Shown here piece after piece: positions 47,530 through 58,564 of a stretch of 64,000 bases of DNA. The position numbers were made by a program, and so were the translations under genes. Location of the stretch: positions 4,417 to 68,416 of IMG/VR virus record IMGVR_UViG_3300037247_000353, one strand, 5' to 3'. Origin of the DNA: a virus. The notes under the pieces were generated by a model, which had not been told where the DNA came from, searched no databases, and saw only the letters and a list, made by a program, of their open reading frames with translations. The stretch's first letter is position 1, and every line of letters begins with the position of its first letter.

Positions 47530-48782
47530 TGGCTGTCGATTTCACAGTCACGATTAAATCCTCGGGCGGCAGCTACACCACGTTGAGTTCGGCTGAGTCC
47601 GCCATAGACAGCGATATATCCACGGCCGTTACCACCAGTCAGGTCTTCACGATCAGCGAGGCATCCGAGGCCGTCATCGCGGATGGTACGGCCATTAAGG
47701 GACAGACCTCTGCGGCGACTGGCACGCTACTCCACGCCACAACTACGCAAGCCTATATCATAAGCGTCTCCGGCACATTCCAGGCTGAGAACATAATCAA
47801 GACGGACGATAGCGGCAGCACCATAACCCTCGATGATACTGGCGATGTCATTGACAATTGCGTATTCGAGTGCCACGCACAAGATTTGGACGATTCCGTT
47901 GCGGTTAATGGCTGGACAACGGGAACCACTGTTGGTACCCACGGAATAGTATTCACTTGCCCAGTAGGCCAGCGACATGATGGCACTGACCGCGATTTAT
48001 CCGGGCAAGGATTTAAAATCTCTAGTTCAGCCGACAAGGTTATTGAGATTGCAGGTGTCGTAGATAGTTTTAAGATGGAATGGCTTAATGTTGAAGGTAT
48101 AAACCAGAGTGCATTTGCAAAAACAGGCAGTGGTGGTGATATTGAGATTAAAAATTGTGTTTGCTCCAGAAGTGGCACTACTGGAAATGAAATTGCTATC
48201 AATATTGCCGCCGCAAACGAATATGTATTAGAAAATATTATTTTAACGGTTGCTAACTATCGAGGCATCGATGCTCGCCTATCAACAAAACTCACGATGT
48301 CCCATTGCACCACTTTTGGCAACGAGACAGATTCAACATATGGTATTCTCTTAGATAACGATAACACGGACGTCGTCAAGAATTGCATAACAACTGGCTT
48401 TGTCACGACTAACTGGTTCAATAGCTCGGGCGCCGGAAGGCTGCACAGAAAAAATGCGACCGACGATACAAACGAGGCCGAAGACACAGACTCTCCGGAT
48501 AGTCTGTTGGTCGTCGCCACTGATGAATTTGTCGCCGTGTCGTCCGCTTTGGGAACGGCTGACTTTCACTTAAAGACGGCCTCTGAATCCGAAGGCGCTG
48601 GCGAAGCTGGCGTCTCCACAATCGATATCGACAATGACTCCCGAGACGGCAGCACACCGGATATCGGGGCGGATGAGTTTGTGGCGGCTGTGGGTGGCCG
48701 CATTATGTCAAGTTTGGCTGGCTCGGGGGGATTAGCTGGCTTTGGTGGCATTGCTGGGCAGGGTGGGGGGCTGGCCGCATGA
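47529..48782 (+). CDS. Beta-helix (pectin-lyase-like) virion appendage protein
   Basis: YTTLSSAE, repeated I.N.. rungs, DFHL...DID...R...PDIGADEF cap. Confidence 0.6.
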   Translation: MAVDFTVTIKSSGGSYTTLSSAESAIDSDISTAVTTSQVFTISEASEAVIADGTAIKGQTSAATGTLLHATTTQAYIISVSGTFQAENIIKTDDSGSTITLDDTGDVIDNCVFECHAQDLDDSVAVNGWTTGTTVGTHGIVFTCPVGQRHDGTDRDLSGQGFKISSSADKVIEIAGVVDSFKMEWLNVEGINQSAFAKTGSGGDIEIKNCVCSRSGTTGNEIAINIAAANEYVLENIILTVANYRGIDARLSTKLTMSHCTTFGNETDSTYGILLDNDNTDVVKNCITTGFVTTNWFNSSGAGRLHRKNATDDTNEAEDTDSPDSLLVVATDEFVAVSSALGTADFHLKTASESEGAGEAGVSTIDIDNDSRDGSTPDIGADEFVAAVGGRIMSSLAGSGGLAGFGGIAGQGGGLAA

Positions 48783-51700
48783 GTTCTGACTATCAATTAG
48801 AGGATACAATCTATCTGCCCTTCACAACGCGGGCTTTTGCAACGGGTATTCCCACGGCGCTAGTCAGTGGTGTGGTGGACATCTATGAGGATGTTACCGC
48901 GACTCCCATCATTACGGCAGAGACTTTGACTGTCAGTTTGAACGGTCATGCAGGTTTTAACATGATTACTGTTACGGCAACGGCAGCTACTGGATTTGGG
49001 GCAGGTCAAAGTTATACTGCCATTCTCGACGCCGGTACTGTTGATAGCGTGAGTGTGATAAGTGAGGTGGTTGCTCATTTTACCTTGGACATGTCTGCTG
49101 CTGCAAAGGACTTGGCGAATGGTAGTGATGGCCTCGGTGCGATCAAGGCCGAGACGGCAACGATTGTTACCGATACGAACGAAATTCAGGGGAAGCTGCC
49201 GACGAATAAGTTTATGGGTTCGTCTGACGGGGCCGACGACGACGGGACGCTGAATACTATTTCCACGAATGTCAGCAACGTGGAGACGGATACGCAGGAT
49301 ATTCAGGGCCGACTTCCTGCCGCGCTATCAAGCGGGAATATGAAAACCGACGTGCTGGCAATCTCGGGTGACACCACGGCCGCCGATAATCTCGAACTTC
49401 AGTACGACACCACGGGTCTGACAGGGGATACCTTCCCGGCGACTCAATCACAAGTTGGTAATATCGGTTCGTCGTCCGGCGGGTCGCTTTCGTTCCAAGT
49501 CGAGATTGACAATGCCATTACCGACACGATTGATAATGCGGCGGCAGTAGATAAGGGTTCGGGGCTGGTTGGGATTCCGGTTACGAGCCACGCCTTCACA
49601 GCCGATTTCGAGGTAACGATTGCCGGGTCAACTAATTATAACAATGCGTACACGATTGTCAGTGAGACGGCTAATGAGATCGTGATCACCGAAACTTATG
49701 CGGCGGAAACGTTCGGCGGGACAGAAACCATCATTTCGACCATCAAGACCATTGGCAAGGTTGGCACCGAGGCTGGGACATTCGCAAATACCGAAGCACA
49801 GGACAGTTCTTATCACGTCCTCACGAATGATGGGGATAATCTTGATTGGGTGTATCAGATCGATGTGGGCGGCGGTCGCACGGCGTCTCTTATCAAATTC
49901 AACGGCTATTTGACGGGCAATACCGACACCGTTAACATTCAGGCTTATGATTTCGTGGGGAGTGACTGGGAAACCAGAGCGGTTTTGCAGGGCACAGCAC
50001 AGACGACGGATCAGACGCTATCAATTAGCTTACTGTCGAAACATACAGGAATCTCTGGCGCCGACCTCGGCAAGGCTCTCATCCGCTTCGTTGACGCCAC
50101 CGCTGCTGGCCACGTTCTCGGCATTAACGAGTTGCTTATCGAGGCGGTTGGTATTGGGCAGACAGTTGGGTATGCCAATGGCCGGATTTGGATAGATACC
50201 GTTAATGGTATTGCGGGAACTGAGCCCTATGTTAATGGCTTGGCTGACAACCGCACAGACCTTCTTGCTAGTGCCAAAACTTTGTCCGCGCCGGGGGCGG
50301 TTGGCTTGACGGATTTCCATGTAACAAACGGCTCTACGATTACGCTGGCAGAAAGCACGGTTATGGAGTCGTATTTTGGCGACAACTGGACACTTGCGCT
50401 CGGTGGCCAGGATGTGGACGGGGCCTATTTCCAAGGTGCTCATGTAACAGGCGTTGGGACATCAGCAACAGAAGTACATTATGAGGGTTGTGATATTGGC
50501 ACAATGTCGGTCCAGATTGGACACTTTGATTTCTGTGCATTCGGCGGTACTGTCACTCAAACTCTTGCAGGTGATTATGAATACCATAATTGCTATAGCA
50601 ATGTTGCGGGATCTGGTGCCCCGACTTTCACAAAAACTGCGGGACAGGTAATTACTGCTGAATGGCGCAACTGGATGGATAGTATTACGGTTTCTGGATT
50701 GCAGTCTGGTGATACGATTACCATTAATGGTCGTCTCGGGACAGTGACATTGAACGGCGCAGATGCCACTGTTGAGATAAGAGGGTCTTATAAGAGCATT
50801 GTCAATAACTTAACCGGAAGCCCCACTGTGAATATAGATGGTGCATGGCAGGGTTCGGACATAGCGGACACTCTTACGGACACGACAGAGATCGGCACGG
50901 CTGGGGCCGGTCTAACTGACATTACTCTCAATGCGGCCAGCATCGATCTCGTGTACGATGAGCCACTTTCGGGCCATCAGACCCAAGGGACCGGCGGTGC
51001 AGCTCTTACGATGACAGCCTATGCTGGTCCTCACGGCCCGGGTGTTTATCTCGATGACGGGGTAGCAAACACGGGTACGACGCTTGGCGATGATGGTACG
51101 GTCGAGAATCCTGTCAGCACGATTGCTGCGGCGACTACCATCGCCTCGAACCTCGGAGTTCAGACGTTCTACTTAATCAATGATACTGTAATCACGCTGG
51201 CCCAGCCTTATGAAGGCTATACGTTTATTGGTCTTGGTGTCAGTAATAAAATTACGCTGGGCTCGTCAGATGTAGATAATAGCGAATTTCATAATCTTAT
51301 CCTGACCGGAACGCAGGGTGGTACTGGTCAAATGCATACGATAGGTTGTTCATTAACGGCGCTCGTTTCTGCCGAAATTATTGCACATGACTGCTGGTTG
51401 ATTGGGAACACGACACTTCGTGCTGCGACTACTCACATATTCAAAGCTTGTTGTAGTGCTGTAGCAGGAGCATCAACGCCTGACTTAACTTTCCCTGGCT
51501 CGGGAACGACGGAAGTGAGTTTCAGGCACTACTCTGGCGGGCTAACAGTTAAGAGTGCCACAACAAATGACACAATGTCTTTTGAAGCTGATGGCCAGCT
51601 TATCATCGATTCTACTTGTACCAGCCTTACTGTGAGTGTGCGCGGCAACTGTCAGATCACAGATAATGGCACGACGACCAGCTTGATCCAGGAAGCTGCG

Positions 51701-52135
51701 ATAAATCTGACGAATATTAATGCCGAGATGGACACTGCACTCAACACGGCAATCCCAGGCGGATCTACAGCAGATTCGATCAATGAACGTATCGTAGCAA
51801 TTGATGATTTGACCCAGGCTGCCGGGGGCGGCGATTTGGCGGCTATTCTGGGTGATACTAATGAATTACAAACGGATGATGTTCCTGGACTCATAGCAGC
51901 ACTTAACGATGTTTCTGTAGCAGATGTTTTAACAACGCAAATGACTGAAGCATACGCTGCTGATGGTGCAGCACCTACTGTAGCACAGGCATTAATGATG
52001 ATTCAACAATTGTTAGGTGAGTTTGCAATTTCTGGTACTACCCTAACTATGAAGAAAGTGGATGGTGCTACAACAGCTGCCACATTTACTTTGGATGATA
52101 CCACTAATCCAACTAGTCTTACTAGAGCTACTTAA
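48779..52135 (+). CDS. Large fibre/spike-like virion protein
   Basis: 1118 aa, Thr/Ala/Gly/Asp-rich; short coiled segments and a duplicated beta-helix module. Confidence 0.6.
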   Translation: MSSDYQLEDTIYLPFTTRAFATGIPTALVSGVVDIYEDVTATPIITAETLTVSLNGHAGFNMITVTATAATGFGAGQSYTAILDAGTVDSVSVISEVVAHFTLDMSAAAKDLANGSDGLGAIKAETATIVTDTNEIQGKLPTNKFMGSSDGADDDGTLNTISTNVSNVETDTQDIQGRLPAALSSGNMKTDVLAISGDTTAADNLELQYDTTGLTGDTFPATQSQVGNIGSSSGGSLSFQVEIDNAITDTIDNAAAVDKGSGLVGIPVTSHAFTADFEVTIAGSTNYNNAYTIVSETANEIVITETYAAETFGGTETIISTIKTIGKVGTEAGTFANTEAQDSSYHVLTNDGDNLDWVYQIDVGGGRTASLIKFNGYLTGNTDTVNIQAYDFVGSDWETRAVLQGTAQTTDQTLSISLLSKHTGISGADLGKALIRFVDATAAGHVLGINELLIEAVGIGQTVGYANGRIWIDTVNGIAGTEPYVNGLADNRTDLLASAKTLSAPGAVGLTDFHVTNGSTITLAESTVMESYFGDNWTLALGGQDVDGAYFQGAHVTGVGTSATEVHYEGCDIGTMSVQIGHFDFCAFGGTVTQTLAGDYEYHNCYSNVAGSGAPTFTKTAGQVITAEWRNWMDSITVSGLQSGDTITINGRLGTVTLNGADATVEIRGSYKSIVNNLTGSPTVNIDGAWQGSDIADTLTDTTEIGTAGAGLTDITLNAASIDLVYDEPLSGHQTQGTGGAALTMTAYAGPHGPGVYLDDGVANTGTTLGDDGTVENPVSTIAAATTIASNLGVQTFYLINDTVITLAQPYEGYTFIGLGVSNKITLGSSDVDNSEFHNLILTGTQGGTGQMHTIGCSLTALVSAEIIAHDCWLIGNTTLRAATTHIFKACCSAVAGASTPDLTFPGSGTTEVSFRHYSGGLTVKSATTNDTMSFEADGQLIIDSTCTSLTVSVRGNCQITDNGTTTSLIQEAAINLTNINAEMDTALNTAIPGGSTADSINERIVAIDDLTQAAGGGDLAAILGDTNELQTDDVPGLIAALNDVSVADVLTTQMTEAYAADGAAPTVAQALMMIQQLLGEFAISGTTLTMKKVDGATTAATFTLDDTTNPTSLTRAT

Positions 52136-52386
52136 TGGCTATCAGAACTGTTATCACACGGGGGTATGGTAATGGTACATTTAATGGAACAATAGCATTA
52201 GTTTCTCTACGTGGGTATATTTCATCTACTGTTGTACCCCCTTCACCTGAAGGAAATATAATATTTGGTCAAAGATACAACATGATTTACCCCCCAGTAG
52301 AAGATCCACTTAGACCTACCTCTTTAACAGAATTTACTATAAGAAAAAGAGATAAAAAGCCAATAATAACAGGTGGAGATCATTAA
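52135..52386 (+). CDS. Small virion-module protein
   Basis: MAIRTVITRGYG...KKPIITGGDH. Confidence 0.45.
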   Translation: MAIRTVITRGYGNGTFNGTIALVSLRGYISSTVVPPSPEGNIIFGQRYNMIYPPVEDPLRPTSLTEFTIRKRDKKPIITGGDH

Positions 52387-52462
52387 GATGAGAACCTGTA
52401 ACAAATGCGGAACTAAACAAAAACCCATCATTAGTGGTGGAGATCATTAAGGAGAAAAATAA

Positions 52463-53203
52463 ATGACAAGTCCAACTGTCTTTTTGGATGAACGATATAT
52501 GCTTCGTCCAGAATATGAAACTAGAAATTATGACTTAGCTACAGACAGTCGTACTATGGATTTCCCCGCTAGTGGTATTAAAATTGCCGGGACTGCTGTA
52601 AGTGCAACTGCTGCTGAACTTAATTATGTTGATGTTACCACAGTCGGCACAGTTCAAGCAACTAAGGCTGTAACTGTTGATGCAGATAAGCGGCTTATTT
52701 GGACTACAACTAGTTCAACAACTGTTAATCCCATTTCCTTCACTAGTACTATGACTGGTGCTGGTACCACAGGAGGTCGCGCTTATTTTGAAATGACTAC
52801 CAATGTTGCGCTCGGGGGCTGGGCAAACGCAATTAAAGCGTTTACTAATTTTGGTGCATCTGGGAGTGTTTCAGGACTAGGTTCAGCACTTGTTGCTGAA
52901 ATTAACCTAGAAGCTGGAACTACAGTTGGTACGTATGCCCCTCTGGAGTCAGAGATAGTTATGCCATCTGGTGCATCCACTGGAACATCTACTAGCTTTT
53001 TATATTGTAACATATCAGGTACTGATGAAGGAACTGCTAATGCAAATATGTTCCTCTTTGAGCTTGGTGCTGGGGTCACTATTAATACTGGAGATATGAT
53101 TCAAACCATCGCCGAGGCCACCGTTGCCTCGACCCATTCGATCAAGATTAAAATTGCCGGTACGACCTATTATATTCCGATAAATACCGCCCAAACCTTT
53201 TAA
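52463..53203 (+). CDS. Putative head fibre/decoration protein
   Basis: GTAVSATAAELNYVD...G.VQATKAVTVDA.K; ends IKIAGTTYYIP. Confidence 0.55.
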   Translation: MTSPTVFLDERYMLRPEYETRNYDLATDSRTMDFPASGIKIAGTAVSATAAELNYVDVTTVGTVQATKAVTVDADKRLIWTTTSSTTVNPISFTSTMTGAGTTGGRAYFEMTTNVALGGWANAIKAFTNFGASGSVSGLGSALVAEINLEAGTTVGTYAPLESEIVMPSGASTGTSTSFLYCNISGTDEGTANANMFLFELGAGVTINTGDMIQTIAEATVASTHSIKIKIAGTTYYIPINTAQTF

Positions 53204-53210
53204 TTAAATT

Positions 53211-54854
53211 ATGCCACTATTTGACGACGTTTTACCTTTACCAAAAAAGAAAACCAGACCGCTTGACCTTAAATTAGGCCCAGCTTCTGGTTCGACAAAT
53301 GAAGCTACTAAACGTCGTCATGAGACTAAACGTAAAAAGAAAAAGGCTGAACGAGATTTAAAAAAGCTACAAAAAGTAGATGCTGAAGCTCTTAAAGCCA
53401 AACAAATTCTTAAAAACGAGAAGATTATTGTAACTCAGGGTGAGTTTGATTCAGTACCTAGAAAAATTAAAGAATATTTAGCTGATAAAGAAATACTTTT
53501 TCAACCTCACCCTGGTCCACAAACAGCCTTCTTAGCTGCTTCTGAACGAGAAGTATTTTATGGGGGAGCTAGAGGTGGCGGAAAGTCTTACGCATTACTT
53601 GTAGATCCGTTACGGTTTTGTGGGAACGCATACCACACTGGTTTACTACTTCGTAAAACCATGCCAGAGTTACGAGACCTAATAGAACACTCTAAGAAAC
53701 TTTATCCAAAAGCATATCCAGGTGCAAAATGGAGAGAACAAGATAAGGAATGGAGATTTCCAAGTGGTGCTAGACAAGAGTTTGGATATGCAGAAACTAT
53801 CAGTGACGCCTTGCGATATCAAGGAAGAGCCTATAATTGGATTGGGATTGACGAATTACCACAATATGATAGTCCCAAAATATGGTACGACCTTCGAGGA
53901 TCACTCCGTTCCGCACATGGAATACCCCTATATATGCGAGCTTCCGGAAACCCCGGAAACATAGGTTCACATTGGGTTCGGGAAATGTTTATCAATCCCG
54001 CTGCACCTGGAGAAGCCTTTGAAATAGTTGTTAATCTACCAGATGGTAGAAAGAAAATTATTACTCGTAGATTTATTCAGGCTAAGTTAAAAGATAATCC
54101 CTCACTAATGCAGAATGATGATTATCTTATTATGTTAGCTTCGTTACCTGAAGTAAAACGTAAGCAATGGTTAGAAGGAGATTGGGATGCGTTTGAAAAT
54201 TCAGCCTTTCCAGAATTTAATAGAGCAGTCCATATTGTGGAACCATTTAAAATTCCAAATAATTGGACACGATTTAGGGCTTGTGATTTTGGGTATTCTA
54301 GTCCTGCTTGTATCTTATGGTTCGCCATAGATTTTGATAATAATTTAACAGTCTATCGTGAATATTATGGAAAAGGACTAACTGCTGATAAATTAGCTCA
54401 AAAAGTTTTAGAAATGGATCAAGGTGAGAATATACGTTCTGCTATTCTTGATTCATCTGCATGGTCTAAGAGAGGCGATGTTGGGCCTAGTATAGCAGAA
54501 GTTATGAATAGGATGGGTTGTCGTTGGCGTCCTTCAGATAGGTCAAAAGGAAGTAGGGTTGCTGGTAAACTAGAAGTACATAGACGTTTAGCAATTGATC
54601 CTATTACTGAAAAACCAAGATTACAGATAACTAACAACTGTAAAAATTTAATTAGAACCTTACCAACACTTCCGTTAGATGAAAACAATGAAGAAGATGT
54701 CAACACACATGCAGATGATCATGCTTACGACGCACTTAGATACGGGTGTATGTCACGGCCATTAAATCCGGGACAAGATGATAACTTTTTAGAAGATATG
54801 AAAAGAGGAATGGAACAAGATCGGATGATTGTGGATCATCAATTTGGATACTAA
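53211..54854 (+). CDS. terL: Terminase large subunit
   Basis: Walker A YGGARGGGKS, Walker B IGIDE, GNPG, DFGY, DDHAYDALRY. Confidence 0.93.
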   Translation: MPLFDDVLPLPKKKTRPLDLKLGPASGSTNEATKRRHETKRKKKKAERDLKKLQKVDAEALKAKQILKNEKIIVTQGEFDSVPRKIKEYLADKEILFQPHPGPQTAFLAASEREVFYGGARGGGKSYALLVDPLRFCGNAYHTGLLLRKTMPELRDLIEHSKKLYPKAYPGAKWREQDKEWRFPSGARQEFGYAETISDALRYQGRAYNWIGIDELPQYDSPKIWYDLRGSLRSAHGIPLYMRASGNPGNIGSHWVREMFINPAAPGEAFEIVVNLPDGRKKIITRRFIQAKLKDNPSLMQNDDYLIMLASLPEVKRKQWLEGDWDAFENSAFPEFNRAVHIVEPFKIPNNWTRFRACDFGYSSPACILWFAIDFDNNLTVYREYYGKGLTADKLAQKVLEMDQGENIRSAILDSSAWSKRGDVGPSIAEVMNRMGCRWRPSDRSKGSRVAGKLEVHRRLAIDPITEKPRLQITNNCKNLIRTLPTLPLDENNEEDVNTHADDHAYDALRYGCMSRPLNPGQDDNFLEDMKRGMEQDRMIVDHQFGY

Positions 54855-54883
54855 AGAAATAAATTAATAAAGGAGTATATATA

Positions 54884-55126
54884 ATGCCTACACATGTAGG
54901 AAAAAAATTACCTGATTTTACTCGCAGCAAACATAAACAAGGCGACTTTAACCCAGATTTATCTGGAGGTAGTGTTGAGAAACGAGAGAAAAAGGGTCAA
55001 GATTTCACCAAAAATGCAGACCCTGGTGGAGATCAAAAAGCTTTTCCAACAACTAGTGGGGGGTTAGCTAGCAATGATGTTCATCCCTCTGTAAATGACA
55101 ACTCATTAATAAAAGCATTTAATTAA
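54884..55126 (+). CDS. Hypothetical protein
   Basis: AGGAG RBS, 80 aa. Confidence 0.5.
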   Translation: MPTHVGKKLPDFTRSKHKQGDFNPDLSGGSVEKREKKGQDFTKNADPGGDQKAFPTTSGGLASNDVHPSVNDNSLIKAFN

Positions 55127-55135
55127 GGAGTTCTA

Positions 55136-55312
55136 ATGCCAAAACCGAAATCAAAAATTTTATCTGGCACACCTGGCTTAAAAGATACGGATGTACAATC
55201 CCAAAGAAAGTTTTTTAAGGACAGGATTAAAAAAGATACAAAATCTTTAAAAAGACTAGATAAAAAATCCGAAAAAGAACGAGCTAGACGCCATAAAGAT
55301 AAGGTTAAATAA
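55136..55312 (+). CDS. 58-aa Lys/Arg-rich protein
   Basis: AAGGAG RBS; MPKPKSKILSG...RHKDKVK; stop overlaps the portal ATG. Confidence 0.55.
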   Translation: MPKPKSKILSGTPGLKDTDVQSQRKFFKDRIKKDTKSLKRLDKKSEKERARRHKDKVK

Positions 55313-57417
55313 TGCCTTTTGAAGAAACTGAAGGCCCTAAAGTAACAGCTTTTGAAGATAAGGACAAAGCGGATTCTTCGCAAGGAGAATTACCGGGTCT
55401 AGTTGCGACTATTAAAGATCGTTTTACTCGTGCTGAAGATGCTAGATATAGGCATGAACAACGATGGTTAAATGCTTATAGAAACTATAGAGGCATTTAT
55501 AATCCATCTATGCAATGGCATGATGAGGAGCAATCTCGTGTATTTATTAAAATAACTAAGACAAAAGTTATAGCTTCTTATGGTCAAATATTAGATGTTT
55601 TATTTTCTAATAATAAAATACCATTAACTGTTGAACCCACTAAGGTTCCAGAAGGTGTTGCGGAATATGTTAATGTTCAACCAGAAGGACTTGCAGAACA
55701 AGTTCCTGAAGTAGAGAATCTAGATGTTTATGGATTTGATGGGGATGGTAAAGATCTTCAACCTGGGGCAACTCGTGAGACACTTTTAGGCGGATTGCAA
55801 AGTAAATATGAGGGATTGAATATTCAGGAAGGACCATCCCCTGATAAGACGAAATTCCCGCAACTTCAACCAGCTAAAATTGCAGCTAAAAACATGGAAA
55901 AAATAATCCATGATCAATTAGATGAGGCAAATGCACAAACAGTTCTGCGTCATTCTATTTTTGAAATGGTTTTACTTGGCCATTGTATAATTAAAGGCCC
56001 GTTTAATTATGATAAAACAGTGAATGATTGGCGACGAGGTGATAATGGCGGAATTGAACATTTTACTAGAGTAAAAACTATTCCTCTCCTAGAAGCTGTG
56101 AGTATTTGGGATTTCTATCCCGACCCTGACGCTGTAATTATTGAAGATGCTGAATGGGTTATTCAAAGACATGGACTTAATAGAAGTCAATTCCGTGATT
56201 TAAGAAATCGTCCGTTCTTTAGAGAATCAGCAATTGAAGAGTGCCTAGCTGAAGGTCCGAATTATGAGAAGCGAGGCTATGAAGATTCTCTTAAGAATGA
56301 TGAATCTGGAACAGAATTTAACCAACAGAGATTTGAAGTACTAGAATATTGGGGAATCCTTGATAAAGATTTAGTTGAAAAATCAGGATTTACAGCAGAA
56401 GATTTAGATATTGATGTTGAGGATTTTGATGAATTAGATGAATTTCAGGTAAATGCTTGGATATGTGGTGGGCGTGTTTTACGACTTGTATTAAATCCTT
56501 TCACACCAGTTAGACTTCCTTATATTTCTTGTCCTTATGAAATTAATCCCTATCAGTTTTGGGGTGTTGGGCTTCCTGAAAATATGGAAGATACACAAAT
56601 GGTAATGAATGGTCATGCTCGAATGGCTATTGATAATCTTAAATTAGCTGGAAACTTGGTGTTTGATGTAGATGAAACACAACTAGTTCCTGGCCAAAGC
56701 ATGAAGATTTATCCTGGAAAAATATTTAGACGGCAGACAGGCCAACCAGGACAAGCAATTCATGGTATTAAGTTTCCCAGTACTGCTACAGATAACATGC
56801 TATTCTTCGATAAGTTCAGACAATTAGCAGATGAAGAAACTGGTATTCCTTCATTTTCACATGGTCAAACGGGTGTTACGGCAACAACTAGAACTGCTGC
56901 TGGTATGTCTATGTTATTTGGTGCTGCTGCATTAAGTGTAAAAACAGTCGTTAAAAATGTTGATGATTTTATTTTACGTCCTCTTGGTGAATCATTATTC
57001 CATTGGAATATGCAATTCAACAATGACGATATTGAGATACGGGGCGATTTAGAAATTCGGGCCAGGGGGGTCTCTTCTTTACTGCAAAAGGAAGTTCGCT
57101 CTCAAAGACTATTAACTCTTGGTCAGGTTGCAGCTAATCCTCTAATCGCTCCGTTTCTTAAATGGGATAAATGGCTTAGTGAGGTTGCCACAGAACTTGA
57201 AATTGATCCTGAAAAGTTTGTTAATAATCCAGAAGAAGCTGCTTTATTTGCAACTATGATGGCTAAACAGGCGCAACAACTAGAGGGTAGTAGCCCGACA
57301 GGCCCAGAAGGACAAACAGGTGCGGGAAATACTGGAGACGTTGGAAGTGCTGCGGGACCATCCGAACCAGGTTTTACAGGCACTCCACAATTATCAAATG
57401 GACAAACATCTAGCTAA
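55312..57417 (+). CDS. Portal protein
   Basis: 701 aa after TerL; SRVFIKITKTKV, WDFYPDP, PYEINPYQFWGVG, RTAAGMSML. Confidence 0.88.
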   Translation: MPFEETEGPKVTAFEDKDKADSSQGELPGLVATIKDRFTRAEDARYRHEQRWLNAYRNYRGIYNPSMQWHDEEQSRVFIKITKTKVIASYGQILDVLFSNNKIPLTVEPTKVPEGVAEYVNVQPEGLAEQVPEVENLDVYGFDGDGKDLQPGATRETLLGGLQSKYEGLNIQEGPSPDKTKFPQLQPAKIAAKNMEKIIHDQLDEANAQTVLRHSIFEMVLLGHCIIKGPFNYDKTVNDWRRGDNGGIEHFTRVKTIPLLEAVSIWDFYPDPDAVIIEDAEWVIQRHGLNRSQFRDLRNRPFFRESAIEECLAEGPNYEKRGYEDSLKNDESGTEFNQQRFEVLEYWGILDKDLVEKSGFTAEDLDIDVEDFDELDEFQVNAWICGGRVLRLVLNPFTPVRLPYISCPYEINPYQFWGVGLPENMEDTQMVMNGHARMAIDNLKLAGNLVFDVDETQLVPGQSMKIYPGKIFRRQTGQPGQAIHGIKFPSTATDNMLFFDKFRQLADEETGIPSFSHGQTGVTATTRTAAGMSMLFGAAALSVKTVVKNVDDFILRPLGESLFHWNMQFNNDDIEIRGDLEIRARGVSSLLQKEVRSQRLLTLGQVAANPLIAPFLKWDKWLSEVATELEIDPEKFVNNPEEAALFATMMAKQAQQLEGSSPTGPEGQTGAGNTGDVGSAAGPSEPGFTGTPQLSNGQTSS

Positions 57418-57613
57418 AAAAGTAAATATAGTTCTTTACAATGATTCTTGGCAGTTCTTTGAACAATATTTGCAACAAGAATTAGATCGCGCATATGTAA
57501 AGTTTGATAACGCAAAAGAGCCGAAAGACTTTTACGCTGTACAATCTGAAATACGAGTTTTAAAACGTTTTCTTAATCTTAAAGAATCTATTAGACAAAG
57601 TTTGGAAAATTAA
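57398..57613 (+). CDS. Small conserved protein downstream of portal
   Basis: MDKHLAKKV...W...YL...Q.EI..L; start reassigned. Confidence 0.55.
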   Translation: MDKHLAKKVNIVLYNDSWQFFEQYLQQELDRAYVKFDNAKEPKDFYAVQSEIRVLKRFLNLKESIRQSLEN

Positions 57614-58564
57614 ATGCCTGAAGGTTTTGTTAATCCACAACATGCAATATTGCCGGAGTTTCCCACAGGAGAACAGAAACCTTTTGGGGGGCTTCTCAGT
57701 AATCAAAGTTCTGATGGATTTCAAACCCAACTATCAGAAACTTTTAATAAACAAAGACGTAAAGATCAACCCTTATTAGAAGCATTTCTTGATGCTAATG
57801 GTAGGCTAGCTTTTAGATTTGTTGATGCGGGTGGAAATGCTATTGCTCAGCCAAGAGTAACAACTCCAGGATTTGTCCCATCTTCTTTAGGAATCACACC
57901 ACCCACACTTCCTGGAACAACCCCTTCAAGCACTCCAAATGGAGTGGCTTCTCCAACTGCTTCTGAAAATTTAATTAACGATACTGGTGGATCTGGTCAA
58001 GACACGGCCGATCCTGCGCCCCCAAATACTGGCAATCTTTCTGCGCGGCAGGGATTCATGAATGCATTGGGGTTTACAAATCCAGTTACAGCAGCGATTG
58101 CGGTTGGGCGCGCCTTAGCAAATAGAGAAGATTTAACTATTACAGGGCTTATTGATGATGTCCGCGATTTACTCGGTATGTCTGAGGGTGAGGCTAGTCC
58201 GCCAGGAACAGGCGGTCTAGGGCAACAAAGTGGCCCCAGAGGCATGGGAGTTAGTCCAGCTGATGCACGTTCTAATAGACGTTCAAGAAGCGCATTCGAT
58301 GGTATGAGTGCTGCTGGTACATCTGGGCCTAGTAGTGGGGTTGGCTCCCAGGCTGGACAATCTGGTGGGCAAGGTCCGAGTGGGACTGGTGGCAGAGGTG
58401 GTGGTGGACCGGCGAGCGGGGGTGTTGGTGGGGCTACTGGGCAATCTGGTGGTCAAGGCCCTAGCGGATCTGGTGGTCGCGGTGGTGGTGGTCCTGGTGG
58501 TGGTCCTGGTGGTGGAGACCCGGGACCAGATGCGGGACCAGGTGGTCCTGGCACCGGATTTTAA
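57614..58564 (+). CDS. Gly/Ser/Pro-rich virion-associated protein
   Basis: C-terminal low-complexity region with duplicated GQSGGQGPSG.GGRGGGGP. Confidence 0.55.
   Translation: MPEGFVNPQHAILPEFPTGEQKPFGGLLSNQSSDGFQTQLSETFNKQRRKDQPLLEAFLDANGRLAFRFVDAGGNAIAQPRVTTPGFVPSSLGITPPTLPGTTPSSTPNGVASPTASENLINDTGGSGQDTADPAPPNTGNLSARQGFMNALGFTNPVTAAIAVGRALANREDLTITGLIDDVRDLLGMSEGEASPPGTGGLGQQSGPRGMGVSPADARSNRRSRSAFDGMSAAGTSGPSSGVGSQAGQSGGQGPSGTGGRGGGGPASGGVGGATGQSGGQGPSGSGGRGGGGPGGGPGGGDPGPDAGPGGPGTGF

Noticed and set aside
55123-55383. 86-aa minus-strand ORF and similar antisense ORFs within long genes
   Set aside because: Shadow frames of coupled genes on the other strand.
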